NCBI GenBank assembly: GCA_027310625.1
Contig: DAIDAM010000002.1
Span: 65,123-129,122 of the forward strand
Direction: 5' to 3'
Source: a bacterium
GTDB taxonomy: Bacteria > Patescibacteriota > Minisyncoccia > UBA6257 > 2-01-FULL-56-20
Length of the DNA stretch: 64,000 bases
A program made the translations under genes and the position numbers. Shown piece by piece: positions 44,747 to 55,063 of this stretch (position 1 is the stretch's first letter; every line of letters begins with the position of its first letter). The notes under the pieces were generated by a model. The model saw only the letters and a list, made by a program, of their open reading frames with translations. It ran no database searches and was not told where the DNA came from.

Positions 44747-45310
44747 ATGGAAGGGCTTAACAACCTCTTTTTTAATTTCATCCACGGCTTGAGCGGGCGC
44801 GGCTTTTTAACCGACGCCCTCGGTATTTTCATCGCCGAGTACTTTTCCTATTTTGTTTTCGCCGGCGTCATTTGGTTTGCCGCTTTCCGGCGGGGCTGGA
44901 GGATGAAATTGTTTTTTTTGATTGAGTCCGCGCTCGCTTTGATTTTATCCAGAGGAATTGCAACCGAGGCAATAAGGTTTTTTTATCAATCGCCGAGGCC
45001 GTTTGATGTTCTCAATTTCCAGCCGCTTATACCGGCAAACGGAAACTCGCTCCCTTCGGGTCACGCGGCTTTTTTCTTCGCGCTCGCTACGATTGTTTAT
45101 CTCTACGACAAACGTTGGGGAATTTGGTATTTCTCTTTCTCGGCATTGATTTCTGTCGGAAGAATTTTTGTCGGGGTTCACTGGCCCGCAGACATAATAG
45201 CCGGCGCAGTCGTCGGCGTTTTAAGCGGGCTTTTGATTCATTTTCTTCTTTCAAAAGAGATAACGGAGCTCAAAAAATCGCCCCTTTCGGAAGCGGGGCA
45301 TCAAGCGTAG
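44747..45310 (+). CDS. PAP2 family phosphatase (undecaprenyl-diphosphatase-like)
   Basis: SLPSGHAAFFFALA and RIFVGVHWPADIIAGAVVG motifs. Confidence 0.75.
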   Translation: MEGLNNLFFNFIHGLSGRGFLTDALGIFIAEYFSYFVFAGVIWFAAFRRGWRMKLFFLIESALALILSRGIATEAIRFFYQSPRPFDVLNFQPLIPANGNSLPSGHAAFFFALATIVYLYDKRWGIWYFSFSALISVGRIFVGVHWPADIIAGAVVGVLSGLLIHFLLSKEITELKKSPLSEAGHQA

Positions 45311-45604
45311 AATCTTTTATTCACAAGTTTTCTTCAGGAAGTTGGGAGATTTTCAACTGGAGCTGCACAGTTCGCCGTTGGTTTTTTCTTAAAATAATGC
45401 ATGCTTTGAGTGGGTTCTCTTAATGGACAAGGGAGTTCCAATCAAGTAATGGTTAAAAAACGAACTCACCCAAAAGCGCTCCGACTCGAGGGTCGGAGTT
45501 GAGGGTAAAAAATTAACATAAATGGGATTACTCCTTGCCCAAGCGGGGAACTTTCCGCCGGAATCTGACAGAAAGACCTTTGAATGGAAAAGGCCTTTCT
45601 TTGT

Positions 45605-47638
45605 TTACAGCTTGTATACGAATATTGACGTGCCGACAATGAAGTTTGGTCCCGGCAGTTCCCCCATTCCTTTCTTTGGGGGTCGGAGCGAAGTGAGCCA
45701 GCGATACTCGTCTTCGGGGTTTCGCCTTTGTCCGGGAGCAAGCGGTTGTATGGCGCTCTGAAGCGTGTTAACCGAAACCGCGAGCCAGTATATCCCTTTT
45801 TCGGCAGGATTTCCTTTTGATGACGACCAGTCAATTTCTTTTTCTCCGAGAGAATATTTCGGATTCCCTCCGCCGAAGTAATCCACGGCGATTTTGTCTA
45901 TCCCGTTAGAAGTCGCGCTCCCCGACCGCAATCGGGGAGTCCCTTCGGGACCGCTGGCGCGGCTACTTCTAACGGGATCTATTTCTTTATAATTTTCAAC
46001 AAATTCTTTAAGCCGAATTAAATCCTGACCCCAGTCGTAATTGGAGTCAGTTACATATTTGTAACCGCCGTAAACACCTCCGCCGATTTCGTTGAAATAG
46101 GAGAGAAAATACGGCGCCGAAAAAGCGGCCTCGAGCGCAAACCAAAACACAATCACGAAAATTATTCCCGGCTTCAAAAAACGCTCCAGTTTTTCTCTTG
46201 CGCCGCCGATCCCGTTTTCGCCGTTAGCAAGAAGTTTTTTTATTGCGGCGACGGAAATAATGTAAACGAAAGGAAACGTTGGGAGAAGATGACGGACGCC
46301 TATATTCAGCGGACTTTTTACGCTGTACACCCAATAGAAAATGACAAAAACGAACATTGAAAAACCGGCGAAGTTTCTTCCGATGAAATCGAACAGCGAC
46401 TTCAGCGACTTTTTTATCCCGCCCGCGACGTTTTTTATGAACGCGAAGATGGCGAAGATTCCCGCCAAAAGAACGACTATCAGCGACGGCAAAGGTTCTT
46501 TAAGAAGATAGACGGTCGGGAAGTAAAGCGGCGAGCCGGCGGCGGAAACTTCGCCGAGAAAGTAAGCGGTGTTGCCTCCGGACGAACGCTGAAGAACCAT
46601 CAGAACGCCGAGAAGATATTCCGCAAACGGTTTTGTTATCGGATTTTTTGTCATCCAAATGTCGACGTCCGCAAGGCAGCGCACCGGCTTGCAGAGCTGT
46701 CCGGCCGGGGTCGGACCGCTCGCAAAAGAAGTGAGGATGAATTCCGTGTCGGTTGTTTGTTTTTGCGCCGGATAGTTGAGCGTGAAAAGAGCGTAGACGG
46801 GATAAACAATCGCGATGTAGCCGATTGCAAAAATTGCGATTGTCGACCGCAAGTAACGCCAGGCGCGAACGGAAAATCTTTTTATTCTCGAATCGTTTTC
46901 TGTTTTGTTCCAGTCGCGGACGACTGTCCATATAAAAAAGAGAATTATAAGAATCAGGAAATACGGAACGAGAAGCACCGTTGAGAATTTGGTGAGTTCT
47001 CCCACGCCGAAGCCTATGCCGGCAACGATGAGCCTGAAAACGGAAGGCGACAATAAAAATTTGACGAATAAGTAAGTCGCGAGAACTACGCCGAACGTCG
47101 CGCCGATATCGGTGGTTACGTAGTGTCCGTGGGCGAGTACGGTTGGTGATAATCCGAAAAATAGAGCGGGGAGAAGCGCCCACCATCTTCCGAGAATTTC
47201 CGCCGCCCAGACATAAACGAGAATTATCAAAAACAAAGTCAGCACCATCGGCAGGATTCTCGCGGAGCGGACGATATAATCGGCGTCATTCCCCGAACCG
47301 TAAAGGAAATCCGCGCCCACCGCCCATTGGCCGTTTACGTCTTTTCTCCAGGCGTCGTTGTCCGTCGGAAAATAAAGGTCGAGAAAGGTGAGCGGGAAAG
47401 CGGCAAGCACCTTCACGAGCGGCGGATGTTCGGGATTCAACCGGTAGTCGAGATTATTTAGATAACTGTAGCCGGCGGGGATGTGCGCGAGTTCGTCCAT
47501 AATCGCCGAGTCGCCGGAAGACGCCCAGAGCATCAATAGAAAAGCAGCAGCAACGATGCCGCCGAGAATTATAACCGGCAGAGACGAGCGATTGTCTAAA
47601 AATTCCTCACCCAATGGATTAAGGACATAATACCACAT
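45605..47638 (-). CDS. Membrane glycosyltransferase, GT39/ArnT-PMT-like
   Basis: N-terminal DE motif (AIMDELAHIPAGY), more than 10 TM helices and a C-terminal soluble domain. Contains the in-frame 80-bp CCCGTTAGA element, translated DPVRSSRASGPEGTPRLRSGSATSNGID. Confidence 0.6.
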   Translation of the reverse strand: MWYYVLNPLGEEFLDNRSSLPVIILGGIVAAAFLLMLWASSGDSAIMDELAHIPAGYSYLNNLDYRLNPEHPPLVKVLAAFPLTFLDLYFPTDNDAWRKDVNGQWAVGADFLYGSGNDADYIVRSARILPMVLTLFLIILVYVWAAEILGRWWALLPALFFGLSPTVLAHGHYVTTDIGATFGVVLATYLFVKFLLSPSVFRLIVAGIGFGVGELTKFSTVLLVPYFLILIILFFIWTVVRDWNKTENDSRIKRFSVRAWRYLRSTIAIFAIGYIAIVYPVYALFTLNYPAQKQTTDTEFILTSFASGPTPAGQLCKPVRCLADVDIWMTKNPITKPFAEYLLGVLMVLQRSSGGNTAYFLGEVSAAGSPLYFPTVYLLKEPLPSLIVVLLAGIFAIFAFIKNVAGGIKKSLKSLFDFIGRNFAGFSMFVFVIFYWVYSVKSPLNIGVRHLLPTFPFVYIISVAAIKKLLANGENGIGGAREKLERFLKPGIIFVIVFWFALEAAFSAPYFLSYFNEIGGGVYGGYKYVTDSNYDWGQDLIRLKEFVENYKEIDPVRSSRASGPEGTPRLRSGSATSNGIDKIAVDYFGGGNPKYSLGEKEIDWSSSKGNPAEKGIYWLAVSVNTLQSAIQPLAPGQRRNPEDEYRWLTSLRPPKKGMGELPGPNFIVGTSIFVYKL
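45899..45978. mobile_element. MITE-like element, CCCGTTAGA family copy 3, inserted in frame in the glycosyltransferase with a TCTAT flank duplication
   Basis: tgTCTAT|CCCGTTAGAAGTcgcgctccccgaccgcaatcggggagtcccttcgggaccgctggcgcggctACTTCTAACGGG|ATCTATttc. Confidence 0.6.
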
Positions 47639-47678
47639 CCTGTTCGTTCAGCCCGTCCCGGAAATGCGGGAAAACGGA

Positions 47679-48446
47679 TTACTTTTTGGTTTTTAATAAA
47701 CTCAGCGCGAAGATTATAGAAGCTACCACAATAGCCGTTGGTCCCAGATCAAGACCGTAAACGGAAGAAATGATCAATCCGGCGACCATCGATGCAATCG
47801 CGAGCAGAACCGAGCAACCCAAAAACATGCCCAAGCTGTGCGTCAGCTGACGGGCGGCGGATGCCGGAACGATTATGAGGGCGCCGGCAAGAAGAGCGCC
47901 AAGAAAACGGAGACCAACGAGTATCGCGAGCGAGAAAAGAATGAGGAAAGTGAAATTTATCGTTCCCGTTTTTATCCCCGTTGACGCCGCCAAATCCTCG
48001 GAGAAAAGTCCGATGATGAGCTTGTTTCTCATCGCCCACAATGTTGCGAAAATCACAGCGCTCGCCGCGACTCCGAAAGCGAATTCCCCCGGCGGAATGT
48101 TCTTAAATCCTCCGAAGAGGGCGTCGATCAATTCCTCTTTGGAGTTTATGAGAAGCGCTCCGAGTGCCACAGAGGAAGCAAAAATCACCCCCACTGCGGC
48201 TTCCGACGACAACGCCGTTTTTTTCTCCAGCCGCGAAATCATGAATGCTCCGAGAAAGAGCGTCAGCGCCCCGCCAACAATCGGATTCAGATTCCATATC
48301 ACCGCGAGACCAAGCCCCGGGATGGCGATGTGCGACATAACGTCGCCGGCGAGCACGGTTTTTTTCATCAGGGCGAAAGCGCCGACCAGTCCGGCCGTCG
48401 CGGCGGCGAGCAATGCCAAAATGACTGAATAGACGTCAATGGTCAT
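47679..48446 (-). CDS. Metal ABC transporter permease (ZnuB/MntB-like)
   Basis: 255 aa, 7-8 TM helices, AGDVMSHIAIPGL motif. Confidence 0.7.
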   Translation of the reverse strand: MTIDVYSVILALLAAATAGLVGAFALMKKTVLAGDVMSHIAIPGLGLAVIWNLNPIVGGALTLFLGAFMISRLEKKTALSSEAAVGVIFASSVALGALLINSKEELIDALFGGFKNIPPGEFAFGVAASAVIFATLWAMRNKLIIGLFSEDLAASTGIKTGTINFTFLILFSLAILVGLRFLGALLAGALIIVPASAARQLTHSLGMFLGCSVLLAIASMVAGLIISSVYGLDLGPTAIVVASIIFALSLLKTKK

Positions 48447-49149
48447 GGTGCAAATGATGAACGTATTTGTGTTCCTGGCCGTAAAGTTTTTTGAAAATTT
48501 CCGGCGTCAGAGCGATTTCCGGCGGACCGAAACAAACGCCGGTTTTGTTGAGACACAAAACTTTCGTGGCGTATTTGTAAACGATGCTCAAGTCGTGGGA
48601 AACAAGAATTATCGTGATGCCGTATTTTTCCTGCAATTCGTGAATCAGCTCGTAAATTTGCTCTTCGCCGAGCTGGTCGATGCTCGCCGTCGGTTCGTCG
48701 AGAAGAATGATATCCGGCTTTCCGAGAACGGCGAAAGCGATGAGCGCCCGCTGGAATTGGCCGCCAGAAAGATGCCCGATGGGGGTTTTTAAAACCTTGT
48801 CCGTTATTTTCACGGCGTCGGTTGCCTCTTTCACGTCGGATTTTTTTAGTCCAAGAACGGCCGCCTTGGCGTTGATGAGATTTTCCAAATCAATCGGCAG
48901 GTGCCTGTCGGCGTCTATTTTCTGCGGCACGTAACCCAATTTGGTTCTTTCCGCCCGGATTATTTTACCCTCGTGCGGGAATATGCCGAGAAGCGTTTTC
49001 AAAAGGACAGTTTTCCCGGAGCCATTTGGTCCGATGACGGCGAGGTTTTCACCTTTCTCGATTTCGAAATTGACGTTTTTAAGTATCGTTTCGCCGTCGA
49101 GCGCAACCGATAAATTTTCCACCCTGAGAATATTGGACATTCGTCCCAT
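48436..49149 (-). CDS. Metal ABC transporter ATP-binding protein (ZnuC-like)
   Basis: GENLAVIGPNGSGKT, LSGGQFQRALIA, ILLDEPTASID. The start is placed at the ATG at 49149-49147 (MGRMSNILRVENLSV) rather than the overlapping 49221. Confidence 0.75.
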   Translation of the reverse strand: MGRMSNILRVENLSVALDGETILKNVNFEIEKGENLAVIGPNGSGKTVLLKTLLGIFPHEGKIIRAERTKLGYVPQKIDADRHLPIDLENLINAKAAVLGLKKSDVKEATDAVKITDKVLKTPIGHLSGGQFQRALIAFAVLGKPDIILLDEPTASIDQLGEEQIYELIHELQEKYGITIILVSHDLSIVYKYATKVLCLNKTGVCFGPPEIALTPEIFKKLYGQEHKYVHHLHHDH

Positions 49150-49219
49150 TCTATCAGAAAGATTGTCTTTTTGGAATATGATTAATAAAAGCTTCCGGGG
49201 TTTTTGATATAATCCGCCC

Positions 49220-49837
49220 ATGCTTCGAATTTATCTTGCTCGCCACGGCCAAGACAGAGATAACGCCAGAGGTGTTTTGAACGGTCGCCGCGATGAGCCG
49301 CTGACTGAACTCGGCTTGGAACAAGCCCGAACATTAGCCATGGAAATTAAAAACACCGGAATGACATTCGACGCCGTTTACAGTTCGCCCCTCAAGCGCG
49401 CTTACGCCACTGCGAAGACAATTACCGATATGCTCGGCATCAAAAGACCTGTGGTAGCGGAAAGTTTGATCGAGCGCGATTTCGGCGTCATGACTGGGAA
49501 ATTAGTGAAAGACATAAAAACCCTCTGCTCTCCGGACATTTTGCAGGGGGATCCGATAACATATTTTCTTTCACCAGTGGGCGCGGAAACGTTTCCTGAT
49601 TTGGTTGAACGAGGAAAATTGGTAATCGCTTGGATAAAAAACCGCCATCAGGACGGCAATATACTTCTGGTGACTCATGGGGACTTTGGGAAAATGATCT
49701 ATGCCGCCTACTACAATCTCGACTGGAAGTCAGTTTTATTGATGTTTCACTTCGGCAATTCGGAATTGCTTTTGCTGTCCGAGAATTCCCCTGCCGAAGC
49801 CGCCCATGTATTCCGCTTCGAGCAACACAACCACTGA
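49220..49837 (+). CDS. Histidine phosphatase family protein (phosphoglycerate-mutase-like)
   Basis: LRIYLARHGQ RHG motif. Confidence 0.7.
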   Translation: MLRIYLARHGQDRDNARGVLNGRRDEPLTELGLEQARTLAMEIKNTGMTFDAVYSSPLKRAYATAKTITDMLGIKRPVVAESLIERDFGVMTGKLVKDIKTLCSPDILQGDPITYFLSPVGAETFPDLVERGKLVIAWIKNRHQDGNILLVTHGDFGKMIYAAYYNLDWKSVLLMFHFGNSELLLLSENSPAEAAHVFRFEQHNH

Positions 49838-49885
49838 CGGCGTCGTATTTGCCCGTGGATTTTCTTTTGTCTACAATTGTCGTAA

Positions 49886-51643
49886 ATGGCCACCACTCCT
49901 GTAGAAGCAATTAAAGAGCGGCTGGATATCGTTGATTTCATCAAGGGCTATCTTCAGCTCCAGCCGGCGGGGAAAAATTTCAAAGCGCTTTGTCCGTTCC
50001 ATCGCGAAAAAACCCCATCGTTTATGGTTTCGCCCGAACGCCAGAGCTGGCATTGCTTCGGCTGCGGCGCGGGCGGCGACATTTTTTCATTTCTCATGCG
50101 CTACGAGAACATCGAGTTCGGCGAAGCGCTGAAAATTCTCGCCGAAAAAGCGGGCATCGAACTTAGGCGCGTAAGCCCGGCGGAATACAAGCAGATAGGT
50201 CTTCTTTACGACATAAACGAAAAGGCGAAAGATTTTTTCAGAGGAGGAATGGAAAGTTCGAAAGTGGCGAGCGATTACATCTCCGGCCGCGGGCTCGAGA
50301 AAAACACGCTTGAAGAATTCGAAATCGGTTTTGCGCCGACGAACCCCGACGCGCTTCTTGTTTATCTCATCAATTCCGGTTTTCACCCCGACGACATTTT
50401 GCGCGCCGGACTTTCTTTCAAAACTGAAAGGGGACTGCAGATGGACAGATTCCGCGGCAGAATCATTTTCCCGATACACAACCATCTCGGAAAAATCGTC
50501 GGCTTCACCGGGAGGATTCTACCAACAACGCCGACCAACGCGGACGATACGCGGACCAGCGTAGAAAAATTTCAGCGTAGTTCAGCGTTTAGTCAGCGTG
50601 AATCAGCGATCCCTAAATACGTCAATTCGCCGGAGACGCCCGTCTTTTCGAAATCAAAAATTCTTTACGGACTTTTCAAAAGCAAAAACCATATCCGTGA
50701 GGCGAAAAACGCTCTCCTTGTCGAGGGGCAGATGGATTTCCTTGCAAGCTGGCAAGCGGGAATTAAAAACGTCGTCGCCAGTTCGGGAACGGCGCTGACC
50801 GCCGACCATCTCCGCGTTTTGCGTCGTCTTACCGACCAGCTTGTCGTCAGTTTTGACAACGACGATGCGGGGTTGGAGGCGGGCGAGCGTGCCATTGACC
50901 TTGCGGAAGCGAACGATTTCGGAGTGAAAGTCGCTCTTTTTCGTGATTACAAGGACCCCGCGGACGCCGCGATTTCCGACAAAAAATACTTTTTCGAAGT
51001 TATTGAGGGTGCCAAGCCGGCGGCGGAATTTTATTTCGAAAAATATTTGCCCGGAGGTGAATTCAGCGTCCGCAACCGCGACGATTTCAAAAATTTGAGA
51101 ATTGTCCTTGAAAAAATAGGGAATATCGGCAGCCCCGTTTTGAAATCTTTCTGGCTGAAGGAGTTGTCCAAAAGAGTTGGAGTGAATGAACTCACGCTCG
51201 CGGAAGAAATGGAAAGAAAAATTGTCGCGAAAAAAGACGAGCGCGAAGGAAACAATGACACGAATATAATCGCGAAAAAATTTTCCCGATGGGAAGTACT
51301 CTCGCAAAGGTGCCTCGCCTGGATTCTGCACAAGGAGGATTTTGAGAGTAAAGAATTTTTTCCCCATCTCCCCGGCGCTTATCGCGAAATTTTCTCAATT
51401 CTTGAAAGCGGCGGAAGACGCTCCGAAGATCCGCTTCTTGATGAACTGTTGAATCTCATTGTTTTCCAGCAAAGAGAGGCGAGCATGGAGGAATTTGAAG
51501 CGCTGAAGATGGAACTCTACAAGGAGTACGTGAAAGAAAGAAGGCGCGAGCTTGCGTCAATCATCGGCGGTGCGGAGCGTTCTGGAGACGACGAACTCCT
51601 CCGCAAAGCGATGCAGGAATTAGACAATTTGCCGGGTTTCTAG
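49886..51643 (+). CDS. dnaG: DNA primase
   Basis: Zinc finger CPFHREKTPSFMVSPERQSWHCFGCGAGGD, TOPRIM EGQMDFL...DNDDAG. Carries an in-frame mini-element insert TSVEKFQRSSAFSQRESA. Confidence 0.9.
   Translation: MATTPVEAIKERLDIVDFIKGYLQLQPAGKNFKALCPFHREKTPSFMVSPERQSWHCFGCGAGGDIFSFLMRYENIEFGEALKILAEKAGIELRRVSPAEYKQIGLLYDINEKAKDFFRGGMESSKVASDYISGRGLEKNTLEEFEIGFAPTNPDALLVYLINSGFHPDDILRAGLSFKTERGLQMDRFRGRIIFPIHNHLGKIVGFTGRILPTTPTNADDTRTSVEKFQRSSAFSQRESAIPKYVNSPETPVFSKSKILYGLFKSKNHIREAKNALLVEGQMDFLASWQAGIKNVVASSGTALTADHLRVLRRLTDQLVVSFDNDDAGLEAGERAIDLAEANDFGVKVALFRDYKDPADAAISDKKYFFEVIEGAKPAAEFYFEKYLPGGEFSVRNRDDFKNLRIVLEKIGNIGSPVLKSFWLKELSKRVGVNELTLAEEMERKIVAKKDEREGNNDTNIIAKKFSRWEVLSQRCLAWILHKEDFESKEFFPHLPGAYREIFSILESGGRRSEDPLLDELLNLIVFQQREASMEEFEALKMELYKEYVKERRRELASIIGGAERSGDDELLRKAMQELDNLPGF
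50527..50609 (+). repeat. Palindromic mini-element copy in frame in dnaG
   Basis: ccaacgcggacgatacgcggaccagcgtagaaaaa + tttcagcgtagttcagcgtttagtcagcgtgaatcagcg. Confidence 0.6.
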
Positions 51644-51661
51644 GTATATTTAGGTATAATA

Positions 51662-52876
51662 ATGAGGAAAGCCAGGTTCAGGAAAAAACCGGCTAAAAAA
51701 GCCGGAAGGAAAACCGCACTTCGTAAAAAAGCGCGGGGGAAAAAGGCGGTCGCAAAAAGAGGAAAAACGACGGCCAAGAGCAAGAAAAAGATATCTAAAC
51801 TGAGCGAGACGGCGCTCACCGAGCTCATTGCGCGCGGAAAGCCGAGAGGATTCGTTACCGACAACGAAATACTTTACTATTTTCCGCGAATAGAGGAAGA
51901 CATTTCTCTTCTTGACAGAATCTACGAGGAGCTTGAGAAATCAAACGTGAAGGTGATAGAAACGAGCGGCCTCATAGACATTTCCAAAGGCGACGTTAAT
52001 GAAGCGGAGCTTGAAAGGGCGCTGGAGTTTGAACGCGGAACGCCGGACGCCGTCCAGGTTTATCTGAAGGAAATCGGCAAGACCCCGCTCCTCACAAAAG
52101 ACGAGGAAAAAGAACTCGCCAAAAGGATTTTGAAAGGCGACGAGGAAGCGCGGCAAAAATTAATGAAAGCGAATTTGCGTTTGGTTGTTTCCATCGCTAA
52201 ACGTTACGCCAACAGAACGCCGAACCTGACGCTACTCGATTTGATACAGGAAGGTAACATCGGTCTTTCGCGCGCCGTCGAAAAATTCGATTACAGAAAG
52301 GGTTTTAAGTTTTCCACTTACGCCACGTGGTGGATAAGGCAGGCGATAACGCGCGCGCTCGCCGACCAGTCGCGAACGATAAGAATCCCGGTGCACATGG
52401 TGGAAACAATTTCAAAGTACGCGCAGATGCGCCGCCAGCTCATTCAGGAACTCGGGCGCGACCCGCTGGCGGAGGAAGTCGCCGCCGAAATGAGCTTGGA
52501 CGTGGACAAAGTTAGGCAAATACAAAAAATCTCGCAGGAGGTTCTTTCCATTGAGCAGCCGGTCGGCGACGAGGAGGACTCCACGCTTTCCGACTTCATA
52601 CCCGACGAGAAAAATGTAACTCCCGCCCAGCAGGCGGCGCAGGCACTGATACGCGATTTGATAAAAGGGATAATAATTGACCTCACCGAGCGCGAGCGCG
52701 AGATTCTGAAAATGCGCTTCGGTCTGGAGGACGGCGTGACGCACACTTTGGAAGAGGTGGGGAAAGTGTTCGGCGTAACAAGAGAACGCATCAGGCAGAT
52801 TGAAGCGAAAGCGCTTGAGAAAATCCGCGAACACGGCAAAACGAAAGCGCTGGAGGGATTCGAAAACCTCGTCTAG
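51662..52876 (+). CDS. rpoD: RNA polymerase sigma factor RpoD (sigma-70)
   Basis: Regions 2-4: [53 protein letters not shown]; basic N-terminus. Confidence 0.9.
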   Translation: MRKARFRKKPAKKAGRKTALRKKARGKKAVAKRGKTTAKSKKKISKLSETALTELIARGKPRGFVTDNEILYYFPRIEEDISLLDRIYEELEKSNVKVIETSGLIDISKGDVNEAELERALEFERGTPDAVQVYLKEIGKTPLLTKDEEKELAKRILKGDEEARQKLMKANLRLVVSIAKRYANRTPNLTLLDLIQEGNIGLSRAVEKFDYRKGFKFSTYATWWIRQAITRALADQSRTIRIPVHMVETISKYAQMRRQLIQELGRDPLAEEVAAEMSLDVDKVRQIQKISQEVLSIEQPVGDEEDSTLSDFIPDEKNVTPAQQAAQALIRDLIKGIIIDLTEREREILKMRFGLEDGVTHTLEEVGKVFGVTRERIRQIEAKALEKIREHGKTKALEGFENLV

Positions 52877-53031
52877 ACATGACTTTACGCTTTTCAGAAC
52901 CGGCGTCGTTCCGCTTCCAGCGAGCGGAACGCGCCTGCATCTCGGCGCGGCAATCCGCTTAGCGGAACCAATCTTGCCGCGCCTCCGATAGCTTCTGAAA
53001 AACGCAAAGTCAAACATTCCGTTTTAGTAGA

Positions 53032-54969
53032 ATGAAACTCATGTCGTCCGAAGAAATAAGAAGAAAATTCCTGGAATTTTTCGAGAAAAGGGGACACAAA
53101 ATAATTCCTTCGGCGTCGCTTGTTCCCGAAAACGACGTAACGACGCTTTTCACCGGCTCGGGAATGCAGCCGCTCTTGCCTTATCTTTTGGGAAAGACAC
53201 ATCTACTGGGGAAACGGCTTGCGAATTCGCAAAAATGCTTCCGCGCCGAGGATATCGAAGAAGTCGGCGACAATCGCCACACGACCTTTTTTGAAATGCT
53301 GGGTAACTGGTCGCTCGGCGATTACTTCAAAAAAGAGCAGCTGCCGTGGATTTTTGAGTTTCTGACGGAAGAAATCGGTCTCAATCCCGAAAAAATTTAC
53401 GTCACGGTTTTTGCCGGCGACAAGAAAAATGGCATACCGCGCGACGAGGAATCCGTGAAAATTTGGAAAGAACTTTTCAAAGAAAAAGGAATTGATGCAA
53501 AAGATATTAAGCTTTTGACCGTAAAAAGGGGCGGCGAAGTCGGCATGCAGGGCGGAAGAATTTTTTACTACGATTCGAGCAAGAATTGGTGGAGCAGAGT
53601 CGGCGTGCCCGAAAAGATGCCCGCGCGAGAACCGGGAGGACCGGATTCGGAAATATTTTACGAGTTTACAAACGTTCCGCACGACAAAAAATTCGGCGAA
53701 CATTGCCACCCGAACTGCGACTGCGGAAGATTTTTTGAAATCGGCAACTCCGTTTTCATGGAATACGTTAAAAACGATAAAGGCGGTTTCGACAAACTGG
53801 AGCAGAAAAACGTTGACTTCGGCGGCGGACTGGAGAGAATAGCCGCGGCCTCGAACGACGACGCCGATATTTTCCATATTGACGTTTTCGGGAAAATGCG
53901 CGGCGCGCTTTTGAAGGCAGGAGCCGATTTATCTAAAAAAGAGAACGAAAGACGCGTCAGAATAATTCTCGACCACATCCGCGCGAGCGTTTTTTTGGTG
54001 GGCGACGGCGTGCTTCCCTCGAATAGAGATCAAGGATACATGCTTCGCCGCCTCGTCAGGAGAAGCATCGTTCACGCGCACATAATGAAAATGCCCGATT
54101 TCTGGCTGAAAGCGCTCGTCGATTCGGTTGTCGATTCCTACCGCGGCGCCTACGGAGAAATTTTTTCAAAGGAGAAAGAAATTGTCGCCGTTTTGAGCGA
54201 AGAGCACGAGAGATTCAATAAAACCCTTTCAAAAGGCCTTGAGGAATTCAAGAAACTTCAAAGAATCGGCGCGAAGGAGGCGTTTAATTTGCACCAGACC
54301 TACGGATTTCCGTTCGAGCTGACGAGGGAATTGGTGAAAGAGTCGGGCGGCGACGTTGACGAAAAGGGTTTTGAAGAAGCGTTCAGAAAACACCAGGAAA
54401 TTTCCCGCGCCGGGCGGGAGAAAAAATTCGGCGGGCACGGGTTGATTTTGGATACCGGCGAACTGAAAGCCGCAAACGAAGAAGAGTTGAAAAAGGTGAC
54501 GCGCTTGCACACGGCGACGCATATGCTCCAGCAGGCGCTGCGCGACGTTCTCGGTCCGGAAGTGAAGCAGGCGGGTTCTGATATAACGGTTGAGCGCACG
54601 CGTTTTGACTTTTCTTTCCCGCGAAAACTGACGCCGGAGGAAATTAAAGCCGTGGAAAATAAAGTCAACGAAAAAATAAAAGAGAATTTGCCGATGCAGA
54701 AAGTTGTTTTGCCGAAAGCGGAGGCGGAAAAAACCGGCGCGCTTTATTTCTTCTCCGCCAAAGGCGGATCCGCCTCCGGCGGAAAAGAAAAGTATCCCGA
54801 CCCGGTAAACGTTTATTTTATCGGCAAGGACCTGAAGGGCGCTTGGAGCAAGGAATTCTGCGGCGGCCCGCACGTCAGCCGCACCGGCGAAATCGGAAAA
54901 TTCAAAATCGCTAAAGAAGAAGCCGTCGGTTCAGGCGTCAGAAGAATAAGGGGAATTGTGGAGCCGTAA
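53032..54969 (+). CDS. alaS: Alanine--tRNA ligase, short form of 645 aa
   Basis: N-terminal class II catalytic domain (TLFTGSGMQP, FFEMLGNWSLGDYFK) and editing-domain HxxxH (TATHMLQQALRDVLG); no long C-terminal domain. Confidence 0.85.
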   Translation: MKLMSSEEIRRKFLEFFEKRGHKIIPSASLVPENDVTTLFTGSGMQPLLPYLLGKTHLLGKRLANSQKCFRAEDIEEVGDNRHTTFFEMLGNWSLGDYFKKEQLPWIFEFLTEEIGLNPEKIYVTVFAGDKKNGIPRDEESVKIWKELFKEKGIDAKDIKLLTVKRGGEVGMQGGRIFYYDSSKNWWSRVGVPEKMPAREPGGPDSEIFYEFTNVPHDKKFGEHCHPNCDCGRFFEIGNSVFMEYVKNDKGGFDKLEQKNVDFGGGLERIAAASNDDADIFHIDVFGKMRGALLKAGADLSKKENERRVRIILDHIRASVFLVGDGVLPSNRDQGYMLRRLVRRSIVHAHIMKMPDFWLKALVDSVVDSYRGAYGEIFSKEKEIVAVLSEEHERFNKTLSKGLEEFKKLQRIGAKEAFNLHQTYGFPFELTRELVKESGGDVDEKGFEEAFRKHQEISRAGREKKFGGHGLILDTGELKAANEEELKKVTRLHTATHMLQQALRDVLGPEVKQAGSDITVERTRFDFSFPRKLTPEEIKAVENKVNEKIKENLPMQKVVLPKAEAEKTGALYFFSAKGGSASGGKEKYPDPVNVYFIGKDLKGAWSKEFCGGPHVSRTGEIGKFKIAKEEAVGSGVRRIRGIVEP

Positions 54970-55063
54970 AAATAAAAAGGGCGCCAACACTTAAGAGGCT
55001 AACCCTGTTCGAGCGCGCCCGCCTTGCCGGGGCGAGTTTTGCTCCTTCCTGCTTCGCCGCCGC

